A program made the translations under genes and the position numbers. A DNA stretch of 64,000 nucleotides from a virus: IMG/VR virus record IMGVR_UViG_3300046170_000148, positions 64,001 to 128,000 of that record, one strand, 5' to 3'. Below the pieces are notes generated by a model that searched no databases, was not told the DNA's origin, and worked only from the letters and a program-made list of their open reading frames with translations. Every line of letters starts with the position of its first letter. Position 1 is the stretch's first letter. Positions 20,392 through 30,757 of the stretch are shown here, in pieces.

Positions 20392-21351
20392 TATGCTACT
20401 TCGTCCCAGCCCCAGTCACCTTCCATACCATTCACGGAATATTCGGTAACACGTTTCTCGAAGAAGTTGTCATGTGATGCGCCATTTAGAACCCAGTCCA
20501 ACCACGGCAGTGGATTGTCCTTGACACCAAACTTTGCTTTCATACCAAGTTGTAACAGACGGCGGTCTGCAATGTGACGGATGTATTGTTTCACATCTTC
20601 TTCGGTCAGACCTTCCATCTCCATACCATCAAATGCAAGTTTGATGAAACGGTCTTCAAGTTTGACCACATCTTTTGCCATTTGATAGATTTTAGATTTC
20701 AGTTCGTCATTGACGATACGAGGGTGTTCTTCACAGAACTCACGGAACAGTTTTGCATTACCTTGAACGTGTAGAGTCTCGTCACGAATAGACCACTCAA
20801 CGATTGTTCCCATACCCTTCATCTTACCATAGCGTTGGAAGTTCAACAGCATCACAAACGATGCGAACACTGACAGACCTTCGTTGAATACAGACTGTGC
20901 GAGGGCCCAATGCCAGACCCGTATGACTATTGATGTCACCCTGTTTCATGAAGTCAATCTTGTCGGACATCTCTTTGTATTCGAGGAACATATGAAAGTC
21001 CTCATCAGGCAGACCGAGCGTGTCATTCAACAATGCATATGCACGTTGGTGAACGGCTTCACGTCCTGCAAACGATGATAACATGTTACGGACTTCATTG
21101 TTCTTGAACTTTGGAATCAGAAGTTCGTGGTAGTTCTCACCAACCTGAACATCCGATTGTGTAAACAGACGGAGAACCTGTGTGATAAAGTTCTTCTCTG
21201 GTTCACTTAGTTTGGTTTTCCAGTCCTGAACGTCTTCGCTCAGTTCTGCTTCATCTTCTACCCAGTGAATTTCTTCATGTTTCTTTGACAGGTCTACTGC
21301 CCACGGGTAGAGAAATGGTCGATATGTTTTTGAAAAATCTAGTAGTGACAT
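20391..21351 (-). CDS. nrdB: Ribonucleotide reductase class Ia beta subunit (frameshift near 20900)
   Basis: FTQSDVQV, EAVHQRAY, EG...FASF, WSIRDETLH and NFFE.RVTEY motifs. Confidence 0.93.
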
Positions 21352-21354
21352 TTG

Positions 21355-23343
21355 TTATCCTTCGCAAGCACGACATTCATCATCGTCTTCATTTGTTTCT
21401 AGTGGTTGATTTAGGTGTTCCATAAGTTCATCATAACCCCCAATATATTCACCTTCGATGTAAATCTGTGGGACAGTTTTAACGTCTCGACCAGTCACTT
21501 CACGGGCAGTCTTGCCAATTTCCTTTAGGTCGATGTAGTCAAAAGGAATACCACGCAAGCGGAGTTCTTCCTTTGCCATAGAACAGAATGGACAGTCTGA
21601 TTTACCATACACGATAGTTCTCATGTCACCAGCAAGGGCAACACGTTCTACTTTCTCAGAGACGTTCTCTGCGCGTTGTTTGGCTTCGGTGCGTAGGTAG
21701 TAGAGACCTTTCAATCCTTTCGCCCATGCACTATAGTGAACCCTGTTTACATAAGACTTCTCCGCACCAGACGGGAAGAACAGGTTCACAGACTGACCTT
21801 GACAGATAAACTCTTGACGTTCTGCGGCGTGTTGAACCACCCACATCTGGTCGAGTTCGTCTGCGGTCTTGTAGATTGCCTTCTCACCTTCGGTAAGGAA
21901 AGGCAAATGTTGAACAGAACCCTTCTTGGTAATAATAGATGTCCAAGTTGATTCGTTGTTCTCACCCTTCTCAGTCAGAAGTTCATCGAGGTATTTGTTC
22001 TTTACCAAGAATGAACCCGCACGAGTTCGATGGGTGTATGCGTTTGCCTTCAATGGTTCGATAGAAGGACTTGTTGATAGAATTATTCCGCTGGAAGCGT
22101 TGGGCGCGATGGCAAGCAAGTGCGAGTTGCGTCTTCCAGACCCAATACCATCAGGATATTCGCCACGCTCTTCGGCAAGGAGTTCAGTCTCTGCAACTGC
22201 TTCTGACTTAATGTGGTCGAACACTGTTCGATTAATTTCTCTGGCTGCTTCTGATTCCCAGGCGACTCCGTGTTTTTGGAGGAGGCTGTGGAATCCCATT
22301 GCTCCGAGTCCGATTGAGCGTTCTCGTTCTGCACTGTATTTGGCCCGTGAGATTGTGTCTGGTGCTTCGTCGATAAAGAACTGCAAGACATTATCAAGCA
22401 TCCGCACAATGTCACGAACAATAGTCGTATCTTTCCATTCATCGTAGTATTCTAAATTCAGAGATGATAAGCAACACACCGCAGTTCTGTCTGCGTCTGT
22501 TGGTAGATGAATCTCATTACACAGGTTTGACCCGTGAATCTTTAGTCCTTTATCTTTTAACGGTTGTGGCAACGCACTGTTTGCCGTATCTATAAAGTTA
22601 AGATAAGGTTCACCTGTTCGGAAACGAATCTCAAGGAGACGTTCCCATAACTTACGGGCGTTGACCGTATCTTTTACTTCATTGTTTTTTGGGTCACGAA
22701 GGTCAAAGTCTTTGTCTTCTCTGACACACTCCATGAACTCATCAGTTATATTTATAGCGTTATGAAGGTTCAATGCCTTTCTTTGCACATCACCTGTAGG
22801 AATTCTCATGTTCATAAATTCTACAACGTCAGGATGTGAAATGTCCATGTATGCTGCATACGAACCCTTGCGTGTCTTACCCTGACGGTAAGCAATCATA
22901 TCCGCATCTACAGTATGCAGAAATGGGATAGGGCCTGGAGCGATGTCACTGACCGTTCGCACACTAGACCAATGTCCGCCAACACCGCCACCGTAAACAG
23001 AAAGCCAACGAAGCTCAGAAGAGTGGCTAATAAGACCCTCAAGAGTATCGGGGACATATGTAAGGAAACAAGAGATAGGCATCCCTTTGTCTTTTTTCTC
23101 TCCGTTGGGAGCGTTAGATAATACTGGAGAAGCAAACATAAAATACTTGTTGCTAACATAATCATAAAGACGTTGTGCGAGTGCATCGTCCATGTCCTCT
23201 CTATAACGTGACCATGCTTTGGCAGCACGGGCAAATCCTTCTTGGGGGGTCTTCTCATAATCTAGTAGGTAGAAATCTTTAAGCATACCTACTGCATATT
23301 CGGCGAGTAGGTCATCTTTCTTACGGTCAATTTTAACGGGCAT
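21355..23343 (-). CDS. nrdA: Ribonucleotide reductase class Ia alpha subunit without ATP cone, with a fused glutaredoxin domain
   Basis: PISCFL, GSNLCNEI, APNASS and KGLYYLR; then a Grx domain (YGKSDCPFC..VPQIYI.GEYIGGY) before the terminal CRAC. Confidence 0.95.
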   Translation of the reverse strand: MPVKIDRKKDDLLAEYAVGMLKDFYLLDYEKTPQEGFARAAKAWSRYREDMDDALAQRLYDYVSNKYFMFASPVLSNAPNGEKKDKGMPISCFLTYVPDTLEGLISHSSELRWLSVYGGGVGGHWSSVRTVSDIAPGPIPFLHTVDADMIAYRQGKTRKGSYAAYMDISHPDVVEFMNMRIPTGDVQRKALNLHNAINITDEFMECVREDKDFDLRDPKNNEVKDTVNARKLWERLLEIRFRTGEPYLNFIDTANSALPQPLKDKGLKIHGSNLCNEIHLPTDADRTAVCCLSSLNLEYYDEWKDTTIVRDIVRMLDNVLQFFIDEAPDTISRAKYSAERERSIGLGAMGFHSLLQKHGVAWESEAAREINRTVFDHIKSEAVAETELLAEERGEYPDGIGSGRRNSHLLAIAPNASSGIILSTSPSIEPLKANAYTHRTRAGSFLVKNKYLDELLTEKGENNESTWTSIITKKGSVQHLPFLTEGEKAIYKTADELDQMWVVQHAAERQEFICQGQSVNLFFPSGAEKSYVNRVHYSAWAKGLKGLYYLRTEAKQRAENVSEKVERVALAGDMRTIVYGKSDCPFCSMAKEELRLRGIPFDYIDLKEIGKTAREVTGRDVKTVPQIYIEGEYIGGYDELMEHLNQPLETNEDDDECRACEG

Positions 23344-23417
23344 AGGGGGTCTTCCATAGACGATTGTTTTTCTGGGGGTAGTTATATCTATACCCAGAAG
23401 AGTTTTCAGATTGTAGT

Positions 23418-23446
23418 ATTATACCCCATTTAGGGGGTAATGTCAA
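23418..23446 (-). promoter_or_regulatory. sigma70-type promoter of nrdAB, TTGACA-17-TATAAT
   Basis: Perfect consensus; TACCCC/GGGGTA inverted repeat in the spacer. Confidence 0.8.
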
Positions 23447-23457
23447 TCACTTTTTTA

Positions 23458-24141
23458 TTAAAAATTGTAACCTAATGAAACATAGGTGACGCTGTATTCT
23501 TCCTCGGCATCATCACTGATATAGAGGTCATTGAGTGAGAACATCAGGTTCTTGCTGACATGGTAATCGATACTGAATTGGTTCTTACTCAACTCATGAT
23601 AGTCACCATTCTCCCACAGATACTTGTTGGTGATGCTGACAGGGGAGTCAGGATGCTTGTATCGAATCCAAGTAGAGTTACGCCAGACGAGTTCTGTGTA
23701 GTCCTCAGTCCCCATCTGTGTGACAGTGAACTCATGGGACATCTTCCATCTATCGTTACGGAAGAACTTCCAACCCCAGCCAACACCAGTGTGTGGACGG
23801 AATTCACCAATGAAACGATTGGCATTATAATTGAATCCAAAGTTTGCAATACCATAAACGGTTGGTGTGAAGTTGAGAATAAACTCATACTCACCATCTG
23901 CACGGTCAGTCAAGTCTACACCAGAAACTTGTGTCTTATAGACATTCGTTTCGGTCTCAACCTGAAAGTCTTTATCTTCAGGCTCCCACACAAACTTTTG
24001 ATGAAGATTAAAACTCTTGGTGTTACTGTCTTCTACTTTGTAACCGAGTTTGACGTAGTTAGCACCTTGTGCATTTAGAGGAAATGATACAACACATGCC
24101 GACAATAATCCTGCCAACATTAATACAACTAATTTATTCAT
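23458..24141 (-). CDS. Outer-membrane beta-barrel protein (DUF481-like)
   Basis: Signal peptide, alternating amphipathic strands, GVGWGWKF motif and a C-terminal VSLGYNF beta-signal. Confidence 0.7.
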   Translation of the reverse strand: MNKLVVLMLAGLLSACVVSFPLNAQGANYVKLGYKVEDSNTKSFNLHQKFVWEPEDKDFQVETETNVYKTQVSGVDLTDRADGEYEFILNFTPTVYGIANFGFNYNANRFIGEFRPHTGVGWGWKFFRNDRWKMSHEFTVTQMGTEDYTELVWRNSTWIRYKHPDSPVSITNKYLWENGDYHELSKNQFSIDYHVSKNLMFSLNDLYISDDAEEEYSVTYVSLGYNF

Positions 24142-24599
24142 TTTTTACGACCCTTATCAATAGCGCGAGAACCAAACCAGAATGAGATGATTGCAGCAAA
24201 GATTGCCTTTGTATCATCGTCCCAGAGAATGTTGATTGCTTCAGAGAAGTCAGTTCCCTTCTCCATCGCTTCCATCAGAAGGGTAATTTCAATAACAGCG
24301 AACAGTCCAAAGAATGCGTAAGTAATGACTGGTCGAACACTCTTCTGCAAACTGGCGACAAATCCAGTTCCCTTATTGATTGAAATATCATGTTCAACCA
24401 GTCTAGAATGTTCTGCGTCATCCGCTTTGGTCTCATACATTCGATACTCTTGGTCGAATCCAGCAGCCCTTAGTTCTGCCATCTTCTCCATTTTCGCGAG
24501 TTCAAATTTCTGTTCGTTCTTTGCTTTGAAATGGTCTGTGATTGCGGGAACGACTGAACCGCTAAATCCTAAGACACTACCTAATAATCCACTTAACAT
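24138..24599 (-). CDS. Membrane protein of the 3TM (GTA-type) holin-like family
   Basis: SVRPVITY and IISFWFGSR motifs with hydrophobic helices. Confidence 0.65.
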   Translation of the reverse strand: MLSGLLGSVLGFSGSVVPAITDHFKAKNEQKFELAKMEKMAELRAAGFDQEYRMYETKADDAEHSRLVEHDISINKGTGFVASLQKSVRPVITYAFFGLFAVIEITLLMEAMEKGTDFSEAINILWDDDTKAIFAAIISFWFGSRAIDKGRKK

Positions 24600-24784
24600 T
24601 ATCTACTCCACTTTTTTTGACTGTCCTCACGTTTATCTATAAATCGTTTAAGGACTTCGATATCTTTCTTGCGCTTCTTCTTCATGTGAACAGGGACAAT
24701 CTTTTCAGGATTATCCCCTGCGCCTGCCACTGAAGCTGTTGATGTGCTTGGCACATCTTCCATGAATTTCTTAAAGTTCTTCAT
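24599..24784 (-). CDS. Small protein with a capsid-targeting-like N-terminus
   Basis: MKNFKKFMED resembles the T4 internal-protein targeting sequence MKTYQEFIAE. Confidence 0.6.
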   Translation of the reverse strand: MKNFKKFMEDVPSTSTASVAGAGDNPEKIVPVHMKKKRKKDIEVLKRFIDKREDSQKKWSR

Positions 24785-25380
24785 CGGGTAATCTCCCCTG
24801 TGGTGAAATACACCCATTGTTTTGAATTCATGTGAATACCTTTGTATATATCGATACCAAGAATAGAATCAATAGGTTTGGCATCGGTCTCCACAACTCT
24901 GATTTGGTCGCCCTTTCGAACAATCTCTTCACACTGAACGGTCATTCCATCATTCTTAATACGATAGACACCAGCGCCCAACTCCTTATCATCAAGGACA
25001 AACCACTGTGAGTCTTCTGCAAGAACATCAAGGATGTCAATACCTGTTGCATCGTGTATCTGCATCATTTGTTTATCAGACAGTTCACCGTGTTCACGAA
25101 TAAGTGCCAGTGCTGAACCATACCTTGCGATTGCAGATTGTCCGCCTGGCACTTTTGCCATGATTCTTTTTATATTCACAACAAGTCTAATGAACGGTGT
25201 GTAGTGTGTTCTCAATGCATCACGGTTGTCTGCAACGTTCTTGTCGAAGTCTTTGACTTTCTTACCATCTGCATCGATAATGCCAGCCTTATACGCCCCT
25301 AACTTGTCGAATGGTGTGACGAGAAGTTTAAGGAATCGAATCGTAAATACGAGGTCGGCTGCTGATTTTAAAATACCCAT
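24781..25380 (-). CDS. Conserved T4-like late hypothetical protein
   Basis: RFLKLLVTPF...AYKAGIIDADG...YTPF.RLV.NIKR motif; TATAAATA 5 nt before the ATG. Confidence 0.75.
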   Translation of the reverse strand: MGILKSAADLVFTIRFLKLLVTPFDKLGAYKAGIIDADGKKVKDFDKNVADNRDALRTHYTPFIRLVVNIKRIMAKVPGGQSAIARYGSALALIREHGELSDKQMMQIHDATGIDILDVLAEDSQWFVLDDKELGAGVYRIKNDGMTVQCEEIVRKGDQIRVVETDAKPIDSILGIDIYKGIHMNSKQWVYFTTGEITR

Positions 25381-25385
25381 AGTTC

Positions 25386-25393
25386 TATTTATA
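25386..25393 (-). promoter_or_regulatory. T4-type late promoter TATAAATA
   Basis: Exact match; shares TATAAATAGAACTAT with the copy at 27426. Confidence 0.75.
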
Positions 25394-25434
25394 TCTTTCT
25401 GAGTCTCTCAACGACTAATTTATCCATCTCAATG

Positions 25435-25746
25435 TTAGGTATATTCGGTATTTTTTATGGTCTTTAGAAAGATAAGGAACGGTTTGAGTGTTGACCAATG
25501 GTCGAGTTCGACTTTGAGTTCGAGGATATCTAGTCCTGCCTCATTTCCAAATACATTAAAAATTACTATGAGATGGTTCAGTATGAGTCTCTCAGATAAC
25601 TCACCTGAAGTTTTGTATCGATTGAGGAGTCTCTTGATATACTTAAATCTCTTTAAGTCTTCAAAAAACTCCTCGCTATCAATACACTTTGGATTGTAGT
25701 AATGCTTTGCTGCAAATACTATTAAGTTGTCTTTGGTCAGTTGCAT
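25435..25746 (-). CDS. Conserved T4-like hypothetical protein (probably extends to about 25387 across a frameshift)
   Basis: FAAKHYYNP.C...EF.EDLKRFKYIKRL...RLILNH...NVFG motif. Confidence 0.75.
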   Translation of the reverse strand: MQLTKDNLIVFAAKHYYNPKCIDSEEFFEDLKRFKYIKRLLNRYKTSGELSERLILNHLIVIFNVFGNEAGLDILELKVELDHWSTLKPFLIFLKTIKNTEYT

Positions 25747-25782
25747 TATAAAAAATCCAGATAAAGAGTAATATACCCTTAT

Positions 25783-26115
25783 CTAGTCTTTTAATAGACC
25801 TGTCATTTTCTCCACAAGAGTAGACTTTTTCTTTCTACGGTCAAGTTCTACGCCATGTTGGCGACCCAGTGCTTCGAGTTCTACCTTTGACATCTCATCA
25901 AGTGACTTATCACCAACAGGTGCTTCGGTCAATGTTTGGACATTAACAGGAACTTCGACTTGTTCTACAACTGGTTTGACACCAAAGAACTCATCGATTT
26001 GTTCTTGGGTGAAACCACCAGATGCATACAACTCACCAGTGTTAGGGTCTTCCCATCCACGGGCAGTAGGAATGGCGTTATCACACCATGCAGGGGCTTT
26101 GATAGACATTAGCAA
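25783..26115 (-). CDS. Hypothetical protein with a C-terminal Rho-N/HeH-like motif
   Basis: MSKVELEALGRQHGVELDRRKKKSTLV; LTEA cleavage-like site. Confidence 0.6.
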   Translation of the reverse strand: MLMSIKAPAWCDNAIPTARGWEDPNTGELYASGGFTQEQIDEFFGVKPVVEQVEVPVNVQTLTEAPVGDKSLDEMSKVELEALGRQHGVELDRRKKKSTLVEKMTGLLKD

Positions 26116-27074
26116 TCATCCTTTTTATCATATCCACGGCGTTTCGCCATGCGTTCCAGAAACTTCTTGGCTTCTGTAGTTCTTGCATCATGTGGGTTCT
26201 TTTCTTTTTGACCCAGTTCTTGTCTCAACTCACTCATTGTCTTACCAGACAAAACGTCACGAGCCATGTCAACCAGAGAGACTGAACCCGCTCTTGCATC
26301 CATATCAACATCTTCTTTGACAGGTGCTTCGGTTGACTTGACAACCTGTGTGTCACCAGTAGAATTGTCCTGTGGGCGTTTACCAGATTTTGCTTTGGTT
26401 GCTTGACCAGCTTTGGTAGTCTTGTCTTTAGCATCCTCAACATTGTCTTCGATTTTCTTGTCAGACTTCTTGTGAGCGTTTGCAAACTCTTTGGACTTAG
26501 GAGATTCCTTGTCCATGATTTCTTCTGGTTTGGTTGCATTTGATTTCTGTTGCTTCGCAGCAGTCTCAATCATGTTCAACAACTCATCTGTTGCTTCACC
26601 GATTTTGGAAATCTCTGCTGTTTTCTCACCGTCATTACCGACAACTTTTTTCTTTTTCTTATCGTCTTTTGCTGGCGCTTCTCCACCTTCTTCATCGTCC
26701 ATTGCTTTACCGATTGCTTTACGGCGTTTGTGCAGGAACTTGTCAGATGAATCAACATCACCATCGTTGTCGATGTCTTTGTCTTTACGGTCTTTGAATT
26801 TCTTCTTAGCGGCTTTAGGGTCTGCTTTGTCAAGACCTTCGCCGTCATCTTCTTGGTCGTTAGAAGCATCTTCCTTTGCAAGTTTTGCTTCTTCTGTTTT
26901 CACATCATATTTTTTACCGGCAACAACGAATGCTGTTTCGCCTTTATCTTTGGCGGCTTGCAACGCTTTAGTAAACGCATTACCTTCTTCGGTCTTGGCT
27001 TCTTCTAGTTCTTCTTCTTTGGATGTTACGGATGCCCACGCTTCACCCAACTTTTTGATGTCTGATGTTTTCAT
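26109..27074 (-). CDS. Highly charged probable internal head protein
   Basis: K/E/D-rich; DKDIDNDGDVDSSDKFLHKRRKAI motif; repeated x-x-E-A/D sites. Confidence 0.6.
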   Translation of the reverse strand: MKTSDIKKLGEAWASVTSKEEELEEAKTEEGNAFTKALQAAKDKGETAFVVAGKKYDVKTEEAKLAKEDASNDQEDDGEGLDKADPKAAKKKFKDRKDKDIDNDGDVDSSDKFLHKRRKAIGKAMDDEEGGEAPAKDDKKKKKVVGNDGEKTAEISKIGEATDELLNMIETAAKQQKSNATKPEEIMDKESPKSKEFANAHKKSDKKIEDNVEDAKDKTTKAGQATKAKSGKRPQDNSTGDTQVVKSTEAPVKEDVDMDARAGSVSLVDMARDVLSGKTMSELRQELGQKEKNPHDARTTEAKKFLERMAKRRGYDKKDDC

Positions 27075-27086
27075 TGTATTTCTCCG

Positions 27087-27401
27087 TTACATCCACATAA
27101 ATTTGACCAGTCCAGCAATCATTGCGGCACTGATAAGGTATACTACTTTGTTAATGATTGCGACAGTGTGGGCGTTCTCGTCCACCTTCTTCTCAATCTC
27201 GTCTAGTTTTTTAGAAAATTTATTCATACGCTCGAAATTATTTTGGTTATTACGTTCAACTGAAATGAGTTTTTCTTCTACACGGGCAACAGCAATCATC
27301 GCGTCAGCAAGTTTGTCAATCTTTTGTTCAAGACGGTCAAACCTTACTGCGGAATCTGCTTCAATCCGAGAAAGTCTCTCTAGTTGTGTTTCTTTAGCCA
27401 T
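27087..27401 (-). CDS. Coiled-coil protein with a C-terminal TM helix
   Basis: RLEQKIDKLADAMIAVARVEEK heptads and a hydrophobic tail. Confidence 0.65.
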   Translation of the reverse strand: MAKETQLERLSRIEADSAVRFDRLEQKIDKLADAMIAVARVEEKLISVERNNQNNFERMNKFSKKLDEIEKKVDENAHTVAIINKVVYLISAAMIAGLVKFMWM

Positions 27402-27411
27402 GTTTTTCCCA

Positions 27412-28122
27412 TTAAACTATAGTTCTATTTATAAGTTTTTTGTTGTTGACTCGATACTTATCGATTTTTAATATCCATTCATCTATCATGTAATCGTCAA
27501 ATTTTAAGTAATCTATCATGGTATAGAGAGTATTCTCCGACAATTCCTCATCACTATGGAACAAATCATGTGGGTCAATCTCAATATAACTGTGTCCCTC
27601 TGGAATAATATCCTTATATAGTTCGGTCAGTTCTTTACACGATTCCCACTGGTCGTTCCAAAAACTGTGAATATCAAACCCATTATTTATTAACCAGTGT
27701 CCTTCTTGGTTACTAGGCCCCAAATTAAGTTTTGCGGCCGCTAGTTGGTCTATATACTTAACACTTTTTTCTGACTGTGGTTGTAGTAAAATTGTTTTTG
27801 TTTCATCCCAGTCATTCCAAAGATAGTTTTTATAATACTCCTCATTAGAACTATCAAAAGTATCGGCACTATCATTAACATAAAAACCATATCCGTGGTC
27901 TAGTCGTATATTCCAAAGAGCGTCATCCCAGTCCGTAGCAGATACGGGTTCACTACCATCTATATAATGTTGAGATAGTTCATCACTTCTTTCTAAGAAC
28001 CATCTCTCAACCGACTCATCATATTCAACCTCCTTCGTAACAACATCACTGTGTTTCGTCAGAAGACTTCCCAGAAACTCACCTCCACCGCCACCGCGAT
28101 AGAGAACATTAATTAACTTCAT
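27412..28122 (-). CDS. P-loop/sulfotransferase-like hypothetical protein (AT-rich insert)
   Basis: VLYRGGGGGEFL N-terminal loop. Confidence 0.45.
   Translation of the reverse strand: MKLINVLYRGGGGGEFLGSLLTKHSDVVTKEVEYDESVERWFLERSDELSQHYIDGSEPVSATDWDDALWNIRLDHGYGFYVNDSADTFDSSNEEYYKNYLWNDWDETKTILLQPQSEKSVKYIDQLAAAKLNLGPSNQEGHWLINNGFDIHSFWNDQWESCKELTELYKDIIPEGHSYIEIDPHDLFHSDEELSENTLYTMIDYLKFDDYMIDEWILKIDKYRVNNKKLINRTIV
27426..27433 (-). promoter_or_regulatory. T4-type late promoter TATAAATA
   Basis: Exact match upstream of ORF 27087-27401. Confidence 0.7.
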
Positions 28123-28387
28123 CCCAAATCTTCAGTCTCAAGTCTCCCTCACCTTTGATGATTCTATGATAGACCATCTTAGGTATGCGATACAATTGAC
28201 CTTTCTCCATAATCATAGGCAACTGATTATCTAGTTGCAGTTTCCAGTTATCACCATCGAGAACAGTAACCTCACGATTACAGGAGTCACGATGCCATAT
28301 CAAATCCATTTCACTAACATCTTCTCCAAAGGTTCTGACTCGTTCTGTTTTGTCAGGACTGAAGATGTCCTTATAGGGGTTTACCAA
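28109..28387 (-). CDS. Small cupin protein
   Basis: WHRD..R and IPKMVYHRIIKG motifs. Confidence 0.7.
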   Translation of the reverse strand: MVNPYKDIFSPDKTERVRTFGEDVSEMDLIWHRDSCNREVTVLDGDNWKLQLDNQLPMIMEKGQLYRIPKMVYHRIIKGEGDLRLKIWDEVN

Positions 28388-28914
28388 AAGAAGCTTCCGC
28401 CTCCAGACAGACCAAGTTGTTTCGCATATCTAGGCAAACGACATGCCCAGTATCCGGCCTTTGTCTTATCTGTTTTGTTTGCACAGTCGTGACGGGCAGC
28501 GAATGACTTACGCGCCTTCGGGTCATTGAGTTTAACTTTCAGACCTGTTGTGTCACCCCAAGATACTTTCTTGATGTTACCACTTGATGGGTCTTTGACA
28601 TACACATAGTATTTCTTTGGCCCACCAGCTTTTGGTTTATTGAGTTCTGGTTGTTTCTTCTCTTCTTCAAAGATGCAGTCCAGTGCAACATTCTCACCAC
28701 GCCATTGTGCAAACTCACCAAGATTAGACTCGATGATATCCAAGTCTGCGGCATCCACTTCGAGATTACCAGCATGATATTGTTCCCGTGCCTCACGGAA
28801 GTATTCGTAATATCTTTCCGACCCGACACGATAAATGTTGTTTTCAATAAGAGACGAACAAGTGCCACAACACTCGTCAGTTCCGCAGTTTGTATGTTCG
28901 TCAAATCTTTTCAT
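28381..28914 (-). CDS. Conserved phage protein, probably capsid-internal
   Basis: LNKPK.GGPKKYYVYVK...VSWGD...ARKSFAARHDC...GYWAC motif; IFEEE site. Confidence 0.7.
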   Translation of the reverse strand: MKRFDEHTNCGTDECCGTCSSLIENNIYRVGSERYYEYFREAREQYHAGNLEVDAADLDIIESNLGEFAQWRGENVALDCIFEEEKKQPELNKPKAGGPKKYYVYVKDPSSGNIKKVSWGDTTGLKVKLNDPKARKSFAARHDCANKTDKTKAGYWACRLPRYAKQLGLSGGGSFFW

Positions 28915-30524
28915 TTATCTACCTAATATTTTCTTGATGTCCGAAAGAGACCTGATGGACTTTTGGAATTTCTCTTTGTCATTAGGCCTTGCCAATGCAT
29001 TAAAACGCGCCAGTGCTGCTTGCGCTTGAGCGCGAGAGACTTTTCCTTTTCCTCGTTCAAATTCAACTTCTGCTCCCGTTGGTAAGTCAGCCGCTTTACG
29101 CAACTGCATGATAATGTTTTTATTCGCTGCCTTACGGTCATCGTCCGTAGCAGATACATCTTTGTCTTTCTTGGTCGTTGCCATACCACGAGTTGCACTG
29201 CGAGACTTCATGCCTTTCATTGCATCACGATATGCACGAGACTCTTCGACAGACTCACCAAGAACACTAATCTTCTTCATGAAACTTCTGTCCTTTGCAA
29301 AAGCGGTTAGCAATGCCAAGTTGTTTCATTACTTTTGCGATTGCTTCTTTCTCGCTTCTTGCTTGAACAGTAGCACCGCCTTCGCCTTTGATGTTGACTT
29401 TATATTTACCTTCTTTGATTTCAGGTTTCTCATGAGTATAACCCATCTTCTTCATACGTTCATGGTCTTCGGGTTTCTCTGCTTTGTAACCTTTACCAGT
29501 CTTCGGGTCATACATCATGTGTGGTTCAAAGTCATCCTCTTTCATCTTCTCTTTCTTTGAGATAGCGATAGCGGCTTGTTGTGCTGGAGAGACTGCTTCT
29601 TTCAGAGGAGCGTATTGTTTCTTTGCTTTAACCTTTAACTTACTATCTTTATCGGTGAAGTTCAAAGTATAAACATTCCCACCTCTCAATCGATTGACAC
29701 TAACCCTTGCTCGTAATGCTTTTTACAATATCCCCTACAGGTCTATTGTAATGTTTCGACATTTTTTTAACATCTGGGTGCTTTTCCATTCCTTTCAAGA
29801 AGTCATCCATTTGAGCATCTGAGGCATATTTACCCTTTGCTTCTTTCACCAATAGTTTAGCATCAACAGACTTATCATTATTACCACCAAAGTTTACTTT
29901 GACATCACCATCACCGTAGTCCTTCACAACCTTGCCAGACTTCCTTATTGCGTCTCCATAACTTCTAGCAGTCTTTGGGTCGATGCCTTTCTTGAACTTG
30001 ACCTTATCCCCAACCTTTACTGCTTCAACTTGCATCTTGTTTCTCTGGATTTTAGACATTGCAATGACGCCATCGGCATCATACTTGTCGAGAACTCTGT
30101 CTAACTCTTTACCTTTTGGCATCGCTCTAAGATGTGCGACTTGCTTGATTTTACCAATACCTGATTTTTTATAGACAACATATTTCGCAAGACTTTTCGG
30201 AACAGTAAGGGGTTGACGAACCTCTTCGACTGATTCATTCACACCCAGTTCTCTACGATACTGGTCAATCTGTTTCTTCAGTGCCTTCTGCTTCGGTGAG
30301 CCTGGCATTGCTTTCATCGCTTTGGAATACAGACTTGCGAGTTTCGCCATGTCCTGTCGGCGAACTATCGCCTGATTTATCTTACCTTCTTCCATGTCTT
30401 CGCCTTTTGCTCTTTTTATTTGGTCTGGAGTCGGTGCGCCCTTGTCACCCTTTTTTCTCATCTTCTCACCTGAACCCTGTTTGATTCGTTGTCTCTTCTT
30501 ATTGATGTTATCCCAGAGTGACAT
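28915..30524 (-). CDS. Modular K/E-rich probable internal head polyprotein (three ORF fragments joined by frameshifts near 29300 and 29700)
   Basis: Fragments 29700-30524, 29267-29689 and 28915-29319 are contiguous and share repeated [LVIM]-x-E-[AGDS] sites. Confidence 0.55.
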
Positions 30525-30757
30525 TATGCTAAATCCTTATCGTGGTTCAATCCACCTTTTTTCTTCTTCACGATGAATGCATTGACCCGTGCGTATCCCC
30601 ACTGTGATGGAGTAGTGCCTGGCCTGTGTCCAGTTCTCCATGCGGCAACACCACGGTCATAGACCTTCTTTAGTGTTCCGTATGAGATACCAGACTTCTC
30701 TGCTTTCTTTGTGAGTGCTTTATCTGCCTCAGTGATGAATTGACTAAACTTAATCAT
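30524..30757 (-). CDS. Small conserved protein with a capsid-targeting-like N-terminus
   Basis: MIKFSQFITEA start; LKKVYDRGVAAWRTGHRPG...QWGYARVN motif. Confidence 0.7.
   Translation of the reverse strand: MIKFSQFITEADKALTKKAEKSGISYGTLKKVYDRGVAAWRTGHRPGTTPSQWGYARVNAFIVKKKKGGLNHDKDLA

Noticed and set aside
20391-21351. Intron, programmed frameshift or pseudogene in nrdB
   Set aside because: There is no inserted sequence and the halves join directly with a one-base shift
23370-23446. NrdR box upstream of nrdA
   Set aside because: Inverted repeats exist but do not match the NrdR palindrome convincingly; the TATAGATA there may be a late-promoter variant
26491-27471. 326-aa plus-strand ORF and the other plus-strand ORFs
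   Set aside because: Antisense shadows of K/E-rich or conserved minus-strand genes; S/F/L-rich with no motifs
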